Assembly: GCA_013239625.1 (NCBI GenBank) | Contig: MU053482.1 | Coordinates: forward strand, 2,519,168 to 2,583,167 | DNA length: 64,000 bases | Source of the DNA: Lama guanicoe | Lineage: Eukaryota | Direction of reading: 5' to 3' | In this document: piece by piece, positions 39,926 through 51,990 of the stretch | Layout: every line of letters begins with the position of its first letter | Position numbering within the stretch: the first letter of the stretch is position 1 | The notes under the pieces: model-generated | The model's input: only the letters and a program-made list of their open reading frames with translations | The model's database searches: none | What the model was told of the DNA's origin: nothing | Program-made: the position numbers and the translations under genes

Positions 39926-41719
39926 TCTTCTACATTTAAATATAATTGCCTCTGACTTGTATTTCTTTAGCTCAGATTTCTTAAGCACTCTGTGCCTTGA
40001 TTTTTTCATCTGTAAAGTGGAAATAATATTACCTGCCTCACATGTTTGCTGTGTGAATTAGATGAGATGATACATGTTTTTTTAAAAAGTATGTGTAATA
40101 TACTATCATCTGTGTAAAAAAGAGAAAATAAAATAAATAAGTATTTCATTCTTTCTTGTACATGCATATACTGTTTTTGGAAGAATAAATAATTTTGTTA
40201 AAATTCTTTGCTCTAGGGAAGGATACTGAATGACCAGGATCAGGGATAGAAGAGAAACGTTTCATTATATGTTGTTTTGTACTTTTCGAGTTTTGAACCA
40301 TGAGAATGTATTATCTACTCAAGAAGTAAATAATATTAAAACTTTTTAAAATTCCCTCCCCTTCCTCCAATCTCCCCTATTCACACAAACATGATTAATT
40401 TGCCAACCACAGCTCTGGTCATGCTACACCCTGCCAGCCTTAGTAGGGTGCACCTTAGTAGGGTGCCAACTCTTTCTATTGTGACTGCTGGGACCTTCTA
40501 TGATCCAGGCCCAATCCACCCATCCTGTTATTCTTCCAGCATCCCCCTTCACACCATCTATCTCCAGTCAAGTCTTACTACTCACTATTTTCCAAGTGGC
40601 CACCCCACTTGGGACCAAAGTACCCATAACTCATCCCCATCGTGGCATCCTGGAAAGCCCAAAATAGATGATTTATTTGAATCTCCTCCTCTAACTTCCC
40701 TTCTCATCCATTTTCTCTGATTTGTGTCAGCAAACACACAACAAAACTTCCCTGACCCTGATAACAACCTAGAAGTTCAGGCCTTAGATTAGGGCCCTGC
40801 TAACCCAATGTAAACCTGTACCTCTGAAAGGGAGGAAAAGCCACGTGGTTCCAAAACTCCCTGGGCCAATGGCCCCTTCCACTAAAAAAAACCTCAGGAG
40901 CAGGAGCTTCCTTACCTCCTCCTCCCAAACTAGGCCTGCCCTGGTCCCAAAGGGAAAAGCAGTGCTGGTTCACTGTGTTAGGCAGACAGGAGCACCCTTA
41001 CCTGGCCTGATCCATGAGGAGGCTGGGACAGCCTTCCTAACTTTCCCACCTCTACAGTCTTGCCCTGGCCCCAGGTGGAGCTTCTGAAGAGAGGATAAGG
41101 CCAAGGCTAGACTCAAAGCTAACACCAGATTAATTGCACCCCTTCACCTGCTGATCTCCCTCAGGACCCAGTTAATGCTCCACCTCTTCTATGAGTCCTC
41201 TACTGGGGACTCCTAGGGCCCTCTCCATCTCACCACACAGAGAAATGCTACTAGCCACTCAGTTTCCTTCCCCAAAAGCAATCAATGTTAGCAATGCCTT
41301 GTTTATCTTTTCAGAGATAGTCTATACCTATAGTAGCAGGGGTGCTTCCTCCATTGAGATGGTGATCAACCTGACTCTACCCAGCCAGAACCTGCCACTC
41401 CCAGTTCACACGTACAGCATTCAAGAAAGATCAGCTGATGAACCCACAGGTGCTCAAAACCCTTCCTCTCCAATGCTTAGTGAAGAGTTCACAGTGTGTA
41501 AACTCAAATGAATCCCACTGATCATACAGAAAAATGTAAGCTTCACAATACGGGCTTTCTTAAGACAAGAAACCCAAATACAGCCAGGTATAGAGTGACA
41601 CACCCATAGCCATCTCTAGCAGTCAGCTCTCTGCACACTGATCCATGCCCTGCTGTCCCAGTAGCTCCTTCATAACCAGCTTCAGGCTCCTCATGTCTCC
41701 CAATGACACAAGCTCCCTA

Positions 41720-42421
41720 TGGAGGACGGTGTGGAGATTCCTTAAAAAACTAAAAATATACTTACCATATGATCCAGCAATCCCATTTCTGGGCATATAT
41801 CTAGAAAAAATATAATTCAAAAAGACACATGCACCCCAATGTTCACAGCAGCACTTTACAATAGCCAAGACATAGAAACAATCTAAATGTCCATCAACAG
41901 ATGACTAGATAAAGAAGATATGATATATATATATATATACACACACATACATTCATACATATACAATGGAATACTACTCAGCCATAAAAAAGAATAAAAT
42001 AATGCCATTTGCTGCATCATGGATAGACCTGGAGACATCATTCTAAGTAAAGTAAATAGACCTGATCATTCTAAGTAAAGTAAGCCAAAAAGAGAAAGAA
42101 AAATACCATATGATATCACTTATATGTGGAACACCCACCCCCCCAAAAAAAGACACAAATGAACTTATCTACAAAACAGAAACAGACTCACAAACATTGA
42201 GAACAAACTTATGGTTACCAGGGGATTAAATGGGGTAGGAAGGGATAAATAGGGAATTTGAAAACTGCACCTCTTGGGGAGTAATGGAAATGTTTGCTAT
42301 CTTGATTGTGGTGCTGGTTTCATTGGTGTGTACATTTATCAAAATTCATCAAATTGTACATCTGAAATATGTATAGTTTACTGTACAGGAATTATACCAC
42401 AATGAAGATGTTTTTAAAAAG
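41720..42421 (+). mobile_element. 5'-truncated LINE-1 with composite 3' end, flanked by a 16-bp TSD
   Basis: L1 ORF2 end motifs (ccatatgatccagcaatcccatttctggg; aatggaatactactcagcc). TSD tgacacaagctcccta at 41704-41719 and 42422-42437. Confidence 0.9.
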
Positions 42422-44178
42422 TGACACAAGCTCCCTAAATCACTTGAATATCAGTCATCACCTTCAGCCACCATAACCCATGACAACAAAGAAGCCCCAA
42501 AGAAGAGTCAGCATCAGGCAGCATCTGCTGCCCAGTGGCATGGGGAAGTATGAAGTTGAGCAACAGGAAGAGCAAATTGCAGATAATGTCCACAAGTGAT
42601 GCAACTTTCCCAAAAGTTGTGCATGAGTTAGTGTAGGGGTATATGTATATATGTATGTATATATACATACATACATATGTCTGAGTTTATTTATATGTGA
42701 GTGAGCATTGGTGGATAGAGTTGAACATGTATATGTAGGCATTTATATATATTAGATATATGCTTGTGTATTTGCATGTGTAAATTATTGTATGTGTGCA
42801 GTGTTTGTGTGTGTTGTATATATCTGAGGAGGCTGAGACAGGGCAGTGGGTAGACCAGATAAACAGAAGGGTACCTCTGGCTCTTGACAACCTAGGAGTC
42901 ACTCACTGGTGGTCTCTTCTGTCTCCTCTCCTCTATCCCTCTAGGTTGAGAGCCTTTTGAGAGTCTGGGTGGATGGCCTTATATGTGCTGCATCCAGTCC
43001 TCTCCCTTAGACTGTGAGCCCAGTCCCTTGCTATTCCCATCAACTTGAGGGCCAAGAGCTTCCTGGGAAAGGCCAGATGGTCTGTTGAGGGGAAGTGAAT
43101 GGCCCTTGAACCAGATTCCAAAAGGAAGATATATTTAACTGTGGCTGAGCTCTCAAAGATTTTTTGGAGGGGGTGATGGAATTGTTATATATCTCAATTG
43201 TGATAGTGGTTACATAATTGTGCATGTTTGCCAAAACTCACAGAGTGGTACACTAAAGAGTGAATTTTACTGTAAATAACATGTTAATAAAAAAAATGGG
43301 GAAAAAATTTGTATAATTGATAATTGAATACTTTAGTATTTTTTCAGTTGACTATAAACGAAAACAGTGTCACACTATCAGCTTTCTAGATTACATCAAG
43401 TTGCCTTTAGTATGACAGACAATAAATAAAAATAATTACATATAGAAAAGTTAATGTTTAATTATTAAAATGATTTAATTTATAATAATGAATTGACAGA
43501 ATTAAAACAGCACAAGACTTATAACACTATCAAGAATTAATGATAATCAAAATAAACTGAATTTCTAAAAAAGTTCAGAGCATTATGTCCTAGTTTTTAT
43601 TTGGGGAACACTTTGTCTTTATTCATACATAAGGAGATGTTCTCTTTTAAGAGTACAGTTTAATGTACTCTGTAGACAAAGAAGAGTTGTTATTGGCTCA
43701 TCGTGTGGTGTTTACAAAAGGATTATTAATAATTGTTATTAAATGCAATATACTCACAACATCGAATAATCTTTTGGCAAATGTTAATGAAATGATTTGG
43801 GGTTTTTTTCTGAGTCTGAATGAAAGTTTGTGAAATTTCAGGCAGAAGAGGAGGAGGAAGAAGAAAGAAGCAAATGCCACTTCTGGGGACTGGGAGGGAG
43901 CTTGGTTCAGGAGCCAGGAAACCTGGAGTTAGAACCCTAACTCTACAATGCACTCAGACAACGTGACCTCAGCAGGCTTACCCAGTTCTACAAAGGGCTC
44001 AGCCATGAGTACAGCTTCCAATAGCTGCATTTTTGAGAGTCCTTCCATTGCTTTCCCACCTCAGGGACCCTGTAATTAGAAAGATGTCTCTGAAATAAAG
44101 TGCATTTATAGTCAGTTTTCCTATTTTTTTTTTAATTTTCACTACCCCCCCATCTTTTATTAATGAAGACACAGGGCA

Positions 44179-44300
44179 GGGGGAAGGTATAGATCACTGG
44201 TAAAGCCTACGCTTAGCATGTGCAAGGTCCTGGGTTTAATCCCCAGTACCTCCATTAAACAAACAAACAAACAAACCAACCTAATTACCGCCCCCCCAAA
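44179..44300 (+). mobile_element. tRNA-Ala-derived SINE
   Basis: Head followed by (AAAC)n and CCTAATTACC-C-rich tail. Confidence 0.85.
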
Positions 44301-44615
44301 GATATGTTAATCTGATGTTCAGACTTTTTAATTAACACAAGATATGTGAACCACAAATAATTAATGTATTTCTAGCCAAAAGCAAAAGAAAAGTGAGGGT
44401 GGTGGGCGGGTTTTAGTCTGTAGAGGCTTCTCCTAGATAAAAATATTATTCCCATTCCTCTAGGCTTTCTCAAATGTTGGACCTGGCCAAAAGCCCCGAC
44501 CAAGGCAATCTTCATGGGCTCCCAGGGGCAAGGCAATACAAAGTGAGGAAACTGGTTTTGGTACTCAGTTGAACACCTCTGAGGCTGATTCAGAAGTGTG
44601 CCTGGGCCACCCCTT

Positions 44616-44664
44616 GGCCTGCCGCCTCAACACCGGCCTGCCGCCTCAACACCTGCCTGCCGCC
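44616..44664. repeat. 19-bp minisatellite, ~2.6 copies (ggcctgccgcctcaacacc)
   Basis: Two perfect units plus a partial third. Confidence 0.9.
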
Positions 44665-44930
44665 AACTAAGTTTGCTAAGCTCAGGTTAAAAAAAAAAAG
44701 AGGACACAAATGAACTACTTATTATTTATAACTCAGATGATTGATTTATTGAATGTATGTAAGCACCTTTGAGTGTCCTTTATGATTGGATTACTGCATT
44801 CTGTTGATTCTTATTTTGGGGTTGGCTTTATTCCTTTGATAACTATGTAAGTTTAAACAGCTAAAGCTCCAAACTGTTCTTAGAAACAATGAACAGTATA
44901 TATATGTAAATTTAAAAGTATATTGCAGTA

Positions 44931-45098
44931 GGCCTCTCTCCCTCCCTCCTCTTCGGAGACAGCCGGCTTTTTCTGTGGAGTGTGTATGTACTTTTACTTT
45001 AACCTGAGCACCCAATCCCCACACCATGTGGCCTTTCTCTTGCCTTACACTCTATGCAGTATGTATCTCTCTAAATAAATTTACCTTTACTCAAAAAA
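44931..45098 (+). mobile_element. Short polyadenylated LTR-R-like insert with 9-bp TSD
   Basis: TSD attgcagta at 44922-44930 and 45099-45107; AATAAA at 45074-45079; A run from 45093. Confidence 0.6.
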
Positions 45099-45540
45099 AT
45101 TGCAGTATATCGTATATATGTATTTACATGCTTATATTGTATATGCGCAGTCAAATTGTATCAATTTTACCTAATAAAGCTGAAAATGAAAAAAAATTAC
45201 ATAGTTGTTATGACAGTTTTCCAACAGATGGCAGTAAAGGATCTTAAGAAAGGGACAACTTTTCCTAGCTCAACTCAAATTACAGTATGAGCTCCCAGCG
45301 GGGCTGCATCACCCCACATGGTGCCGGGAAACAGCAGGGCACAGGAAGTAGGACTGGGCCTCACAGAACCAGAGAGTCAACACCAGTTGTGCGCGCTCTC
45401 TCTCTCTCTCTCATGGCTTCTTTCTGTCCCTCTGCTCCTGCTTCTCCCTCGGCTTCCATCCTCACTTATTTGTTTACAAGTGCTCTATGCTGGCTGTAGT
45501 AGCTGGAGTCAATATCCATTCTCATCTCCTCTATTACACC

Positions 45541-46540
45541 CAGGGCCACCTCCATGGCCTGGCCGTTCCGCCACTGCACAGGGCTCTGTATTCAGAAGGG
45601 CCACGAACTTGGTTTAATGCTCAGCTGTTGCGATCTTAAAATTCTTAACTTTACCTTTGAGCTTGTGTTTCATAAGTGAGATCTGATGGCGTAAAGGAGC
45701 ACACACGTGAACAGGTGCTGTGTGAGCAATGTGCATGTCTACTGTTCCTTGTTGCTGTCTCATTCCCACAGATCATCTGCAATACTCCATGGGCAGAGAA
45801 TTCCGGTGGAACTGTGATGCTTGGAAATTCAGCCAGACTCAAAGCCAGTACAAGGCAAGCCCATTATGTCTACAGGACATAAGCAGGGGTGCTGACTATC
45901 CTGACAGGGAGTACTTTCTGGTCAAACCGGAACTTGCTTCTAATACAGAAAGAAGCCAGTGGCATTCTAAGAAACACATACGACTGGGGAACCCTAGCAT
46001 ATTCTTATTTATATAACTCCCTTTTAGTAACCAACGACTTGCTAAAAATGATGGCATAGAAGGAAAGGGAAAATCAGGGCAATCTATAGTTCTTTTTCCT
46101 TTCAGTCTTTTCTTATCCATTAGGAAGTCAGAGGTAGAGAAAGTTGGTAGAATGTGTGCTCATCAAGAAGTAAAATAAAAAAGGATGAGTAACTCTTTGC
46201 AGCATTTCCACCATTCATGTAAGAATGAAATGCATATGTATGTATGTGCTTCAGATTATATACGAAGTAGAATTGCATAATTTCAGTGATTCCACATGCA
46301 GTTAAACGCTATTATATTTGCATTTAAAACAGTCACTGCACAATGTAAAGATAAACATAAAATTCAAGGTAATAATTTATAATTTTAATTTTTTCTTTGC
46401 TTAGACCAACATTAAATAGCAAATAAAAACACCATGACAAGTCAAGAGGGAAACCCTGGGAGTAAGGAAAAAATCTTTGCATTTTTGTATCTTTAATAGC
46501 AATATTTTTTCCTGCTTTTTGAACAAAGGGCTCTGCATTT
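45541..46540 (+). mobile_element. MER45-family hAT DNA transposon (long form, MER45C-like)
   Basis: Starts cagggcc...cagaagggcc...ttggtttaatgctc...aaattctt and ends ttttgaacaaagggctctgcattt, matching MER45 ends as I recall them. Confidence 0.65.
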
Positions 46541-46544
46541 ACTG

Positions 46545-46870
46545 TTTTTTTTATTGCAATGTAATTGATGTACAATATTCTGTTAGTTTCCGGTGTACTA
46601 CATAGTGATTTGACATTTGCATACATTATGGAATAATCACCACAATAAGTCTAATAACAATCTGTCCTGTACAAAGTTATTACAATATTATTGGCCATAT
46701 TCCTTATGCTGTATATTACAATCCCTGCAGCTTATTTATTTTATAATGGGAAGTTTGTACCTCTTAACCTCCTTTACTTGTTTTGCCCTTCCAGCTCCGC
46801 TTCCCTCAGTCAACCCCCTGTTTGTAATCTCCATATTGATAAGCCTATTTTCATTTTGTTTGTTTGGGTT
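46545..46870 (-). mobile_element. L1 3' end fragment (a second one at ~47290-47510)
   Basis: T-tail followed by gtaattgatgtacaatattctgttagtttccggtgtac. Confidence 0.8.
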
Positions 46871-46882
46871 TTTTAAAATATC

Positions 46883-47003
46883 TTTTTTGGCTGGGGGGAT
46901 GGAGGTAATTAGGTTTATTCATTTTAGAGGAGGTACTGGGGATTGAACCCAGGACCTTGTGCATGCTAGGCATGCGCTCTACCACTTGAGCTGTACCCTC
47001 CCC
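46883..47003 (-). mobile_element. tRNA-Ala-derived SINE (CTCAAGTGG variant)
   Basis: Reverse complement of the head plus CCTAATTACC tail. Confidence 0.9.
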
Positions 47004-47789
47004 ACTAAATTTTTTTTTATTATACAAGTAATTCATACATAAGTGTATAAGGAAGGAAATGAAATCACCCACATTGCCACCCTCAGTGATAACACCACAT
47101 TTCAGTATACACTTTAGATGATTTCTGTCCTGTCTAATGGCATTTGACCTGGACTTGGGGTCTGGAGTGCAGACACTATAGTTGGGTGGGACGTCAATGT
47201 AACTTCTTCCCACAATCTAATTATGTTTGGGAGCAGGATGCTACTGAAAGTAATTTGGCAAACTTCCCTGCCTCCACATTTGATTATGATTTTTTTTTAA
47301 ATTGAAGTATAATTGACCTGCAACACTATATTAGTTCCAGGTGTACAACATAGTAATTCAATATTTCTATACATTACAAAATGACTACCATGAGAAATCT
47401 AGTTATATCTGTCACCATACAATATTACTACAATACTATTGACTATGTTCCCCATGCTGTACATTTCCTCCTTGTGACTCACGTATTTTGTAACTGGAAG
47501 TTTATACCTCCATTTTTGAAGGAATACCAGTTGGTTGGGACAGGATCTAACTTCCCTCTTATCAGCAAATGTCCTGTCCTTAAAGGGCTCATGATTAGTT
47601 AAGAGTAAATACATCTAACTATATTGAGAACTCTTATTCCTTAAGCAGCTGTATAAAAATTCCTCACAAAGGAGGCTGCCTTGTGGTTTAAGGCTGAGGT
47701 TCCAAAGATTTTCTTTTAAGATGGTAGATTCTATTAACCGGTATGCCATTTATTTGTGTCCAGCAACCCTGCTAAAGTCCGTTTTAGCT

Positions 47790-49500
47790 TTAGTTTGTTT
47801 ATCCTGCTATTCTAAGTAGATGATGATAGCAATTTCAAATAATAACAGTTATATCTGTCCCTTCCAATCTTTATACCTAATATTTCTTTCTCTTTCCTTA
47901 CAGCATTTGGCCAAGACCTTCAGCACCATGTCAAATATAGTCATCACAGTGGGAATCCTTATTTGGTTCCCCATCTTAAAGAGTTTTCCATTAAGAATGA
48001 CATTTGCTGTAAGGTTTTAGTAAATAATTTACCAAATTAAAAAGAAATTACTATTTATTACTGACTTGCAAAAATTATAATTTTTATTATATGTAAATAT
48101 TGAACTTTATCGAAAGTTTTCCTGCATCTTTCAAGGTATTTTTTTTCTCCTCTTACTGTGGCAAATTACAAGGCATATTTTTCTTATGTTGAACTATCAC
48201 TATAGCCTGGGGATAAATTCAACTTATTCTATGTTTTAAATAAAAGAGCTAGATTTAGATATACAATATTTTAGGATTTTTGCATCAGTGCTCATAAAAG
48301 AAATGAGTCTATAATTTTTTTTTACTGAATTATTCTCACTAAATTTTAAAATCAAAATTATATTAGGCTCATACATCAAACTGGAAGATTGTCTTTTTCT
48401 ATTCTCTGGAAAAGCTTGTATAAAATAGGAATAAATTGTATCTTGAAAGTTTGTTAGAATTTACTTGAGAAACATCTGGGCTTTGAGAGAGACATGCCTG
48501 ATTACCTTTTCAATTTCTTCAGAACATTTTGGTCTGTGTAAGTTTTCTGTCTTGTCTTATGCCAGTTGTGGCACTGAATATTTTTAAAGGTTTTCTAGGA
48601 ACTTATCCATTTCATCCAGATTTTCCAATATATATTTAATTCAGTAATATAAAAAAATTTTCTATGGTGCATATAGCCATCTTTCCTTCTGTCTGCAATT
48701 TATTTAATTGCACATTTTCCCTTTTTGCCTTTATCAGTCTTGTCAAATGTGTATGACTTCATCTTTTCAAAGTACCGACTTTTATTTTGTCAATATTTCA
48801 CCATTAAATATAATATTAACTGTACTTTTTAGTTAGCTGTTGCTTTTTATCAAGTTAAGTTCCTATTTTTCTGAGAGTTTTTATCATAAGTTTCCTATTT
48901 TTCTGAGAGTTTTTATCATAAGTGGCTGTTGAATTTTGCCAAATGCTGCTTCTGCGTCAATTGAAATGATAAATGAACTTGCTTCTTCAGATTGTTAATA
49001 TAGTGGATTACATCAATTGGTTTTCAAATTTTAGTTTTTCTTGTTTTCTGATGTATTTAAACTATTTAAAAGTGTGTTTAATCAGTCTCACTTTACTGTG
49101 CTAGCTGTGTCCCACGAATTTTAATATATAAGATACTCACTAACAATTTCAACTATTTCATAACATCCTTTATAGTTCCCTTTACTACACCAATTGGATT
49201 TTCAAGTTATCTTTTCGTTATTAAGTCTAATTTCACTGTAGTATAAAAATTGTCTGATACTGATCTTTTGAAATTTATGGAGGCTTACTTTCTGGTCTAT
49301 TTTTGTAAAGATTTTGTGTGTATTCAGAAGGAATATGCATTATTTTTGAGGGGTACATATTTCTACATATCATACATATATATGCTCCAATTTATTAATT
49401 TCCTTTTCATATATTTGATGTTTGCTTATTTTTTATGTGCTTATCAGTTTCTGAGAGGGATGTGTTAAAATCTCCAGCTACAATTAATCTATCCATTTCC
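47790..49500 (-). mobile_element. Highly decayed old L1 ORF2 fragments
   Basis: T-rich antisense L1 motifs (ggccaagaccttcagcacc; gaattttgccaaatgct...tctgcgtcaattgaaatgat). Confidence 0.65.
48860..48923. repeat. Perfect 32-bp tandem duplication
   Basis: ttcctatttttctgagagtttttatcataagt occurs twice in a row. Confidence 0.95.
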
Positions 49501-50211
49501 CCCCCATTTTCTGTTTTTCATACCAAGTATTTCTAGGATGAAAGGACTCCTCAGAAGAGTCCTTTTAGCCCCTTACACAATTTCCATTTTTCCCTACTTT
49601 GCATTACTAACAAAGTAACCCAATGGGAATAGCCCTTGTTTTGTTTTCTCAAATAGTTCATTACAAATAAAATGGTTAATTCATTTAAATAACGTGTGTG
49701 AAAGCACACAATAAGTTATAAAACAAGCTAGACAAAGCAAGGAATGCTTAAATATTTTTAATTTGAAGGGCTTATTAACACATCTCATTAACTTCAGAGA
49801 ATCCTTTCATGTTTGAACTGTACAGAACCTGGACCTCAGAGCTCACTTAGTCTAGGTGAGAAAGATGAGGCCTAGAGCTTAAACAATATCCTTGTCAGTC
49901 ACCCAGTTTAGCAAGTTTTTCCCAGGTAAGGAGGAAAAAAAGAGAAAGCAATAATCAGAATACAGTATTGAAACTGCAATAAGATCCACCTTCAAACATC
50001 TAACTACAATCAATGCACGATTTAAACACCAGAAAGCATCAGCCCTTTTGATTTATTCTACCCAATTTCAAAAAGCCAGAGAACTTTAAAAAGATTCCTT
50101 TATAGAGAAATCATTATATACACTAGAAATTTAAATGTTTACCTGTAGTTACTTTACAATTTAAAATTTAAATGCTTTAGGGTTCTTAATAGCCCACTGT
50201 TAAAAAGGTTT

Positions 50212-50358
50212 GGGGTAGGGTATAGCTCAAGTGGTAGACCACATGCTTAGCATGCATGAGGTCCTGGGTTCAATCTCAGTACCTCCTTCAAATACAAATA
50301 AATAAATAAACCTAATTATGTCCTCCTCGTAAAACAAACAAAAACACGTAAAAAAAAA
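50212..50358 (+). mobile_element. tRNA-Ala-derived SINE (CTCAAGTGG variant)
   Basis: Head, (AAAT)n, CCTAATTA spacer and second A-rich tail. Confidence 0.9.
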
Positions 50359-51329
50359 GTTTTTAAAAGTTACTTTGTTCCTTCCTGGTGCCTGTCCTGG
50401 CATATCCACCAAGCCCCACTCAGGTGGACGCAGGGAGAGAGGGTAGAGAGCCCAGGGAACTCAGACGCCCCAGTGCTGGGCCCTGTTTCAGGACTCCGTC
50501 AGGGGGCAGACAGACTGTTCGGGAACTGCGGTAACGATCATCCCAGCACCTGGCTCCCAAGGCTCCCCACTGTGCTGCTGTGGAGTCATCTGTGGCCCTT
50601 GTCCAGTGGGGCCCAGCCATACCCCAAGGAGGGGCCAGCCCTTCTTCCCTGCCCCCTGCTGATGCCCAAGAACCCATTGGAGCCGCTGTGATCACCATGT
50701 GCCAGACCCGAGCCACCAGTACATGTGTTGCCACACGACTGTCTTATGGCCCCTGGGCCAGGCCCCTGCTAGATCCTCTGAGGGCCAGACTTTTGTTCCC
50801 ATTTACAGCAGGGAAACTGAAGAAAGACAGATAGGCTCACTCACTGGACAATCCAGGCAGCACCCTAGCAGCCAGGACCAGTCACTCCTTCCCCAGCAGG
50901 ACTGTGTCCAGCTTCAACATCCCCTGAGCTCCCAGCTTCCCCAGGCAGCAGACATACAGCCACAGGGCACATCTGCAAAGAAGGCTCTTGTAACCACAAA
51001 AGCCCTCACTGTCCCAACTCTATAAAAAGGAAGCCAGCAGGAGCAGCACCCTCTCCTGAAGCACAGTCCTACCACATGGAACCCCTGCTTGCCTCAGTTC
51101 CTCCCTGCTGTGGTGAGCGTGACCCACCAGAAACAGGCTCAGAGAGATCCAGTGTCTTGCCTGGGGCGCCATAGCTGAGACTCAAAACTCAGGCTCACCT
51201 AGTAGAGCCAGACCCTTCAACACGAGCACATGGCCCTCTGTTGCCCCTGTAAACACTGATACACATCAGAACCAATTGTGCAGTTGAAAAAATCCTGCCA
51301 GGCCCCAGGGGCCTGTCACTGTCCCACAC

Positions 51330-51700
51330 ATTAGGGATAGAATGTGGAACAGGACAAGCAGAGCCACTGTCCTCAGGGCATTTGCCTTCTAGAGAGCAAA
51401 ACACAATAGTAATGGAAACAATAATTGTATGGGTGAGCTGAGGGAATTCCCTGTGCTGGTGAAGGGTCAGGGAAGGTTTTACTGAGGTGACATTGGAGCT
51501 AAGGCTTGACAGAGGGCATAGGCCATGTGGACACTCAGGCAAGCATCCAGGCAGATTAGCCAGCGCAAAGGCCCCCAGGTGGACCCAAATGTGCATGAAA
51601 GGGACAGCAATGAAGCCAAGAGGCTGGAATAGAGTGAGCTCAGGGAGAGGGTAGGTGAGGAGGTGGGAAAAAGAATGGGTCCCACTGGGCAAGACCTTGT
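51330..51700 (-). mobile_element. LINE-2 fragment (another at ~38530-39020)
   Basis: gggtcagggaaggttttactgaggtgacatt motif typical of antisense L2. Confidence 0.6.
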
Positions 51701-51784
51701 TGCTTCATGACATTTAAATCTAAGAAACATTCATAGCACAATTTTTTTTTTCCTAAATAAAAATCACTGATCTTGGTGTTTGGG

Positions 51785-51990
51785 GAGGGAAAAAACAAAA
51801 AACAAACAAAAAACCCACCAAAATAAAATTACTTTGTTCTTAGAGGTGAAAATGTGCATCAGAATTTCAAAAGAATATTTTTATTCAATGACTTTTAAAA
51901 AATACCAATACTTCCATAAAATAAATCCCAAGTACTACGTTTAAGTTTTTTCCAGTCAGTACAGTTTATTCTTCTTAATTTACATTTATT
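51785..51990 (-). terminator. TMEM41B: TMEM41B polyadenylation region
   Basis: AATAAA on the minus strand at 51990-51985, 51970-51965 and 51885-51880, followed by GGTGGGTTTTTTGTTTGTTTTTTG (~51820-51790). Confidence 0.7.

Noticed and set aside
50420..51730. ORFs of 72-165 aa downstream of TMEM41B
   Set aside because: GC-richer intergenic, L2 and MIR sequence with no recognisable homology or coherent exon structure.
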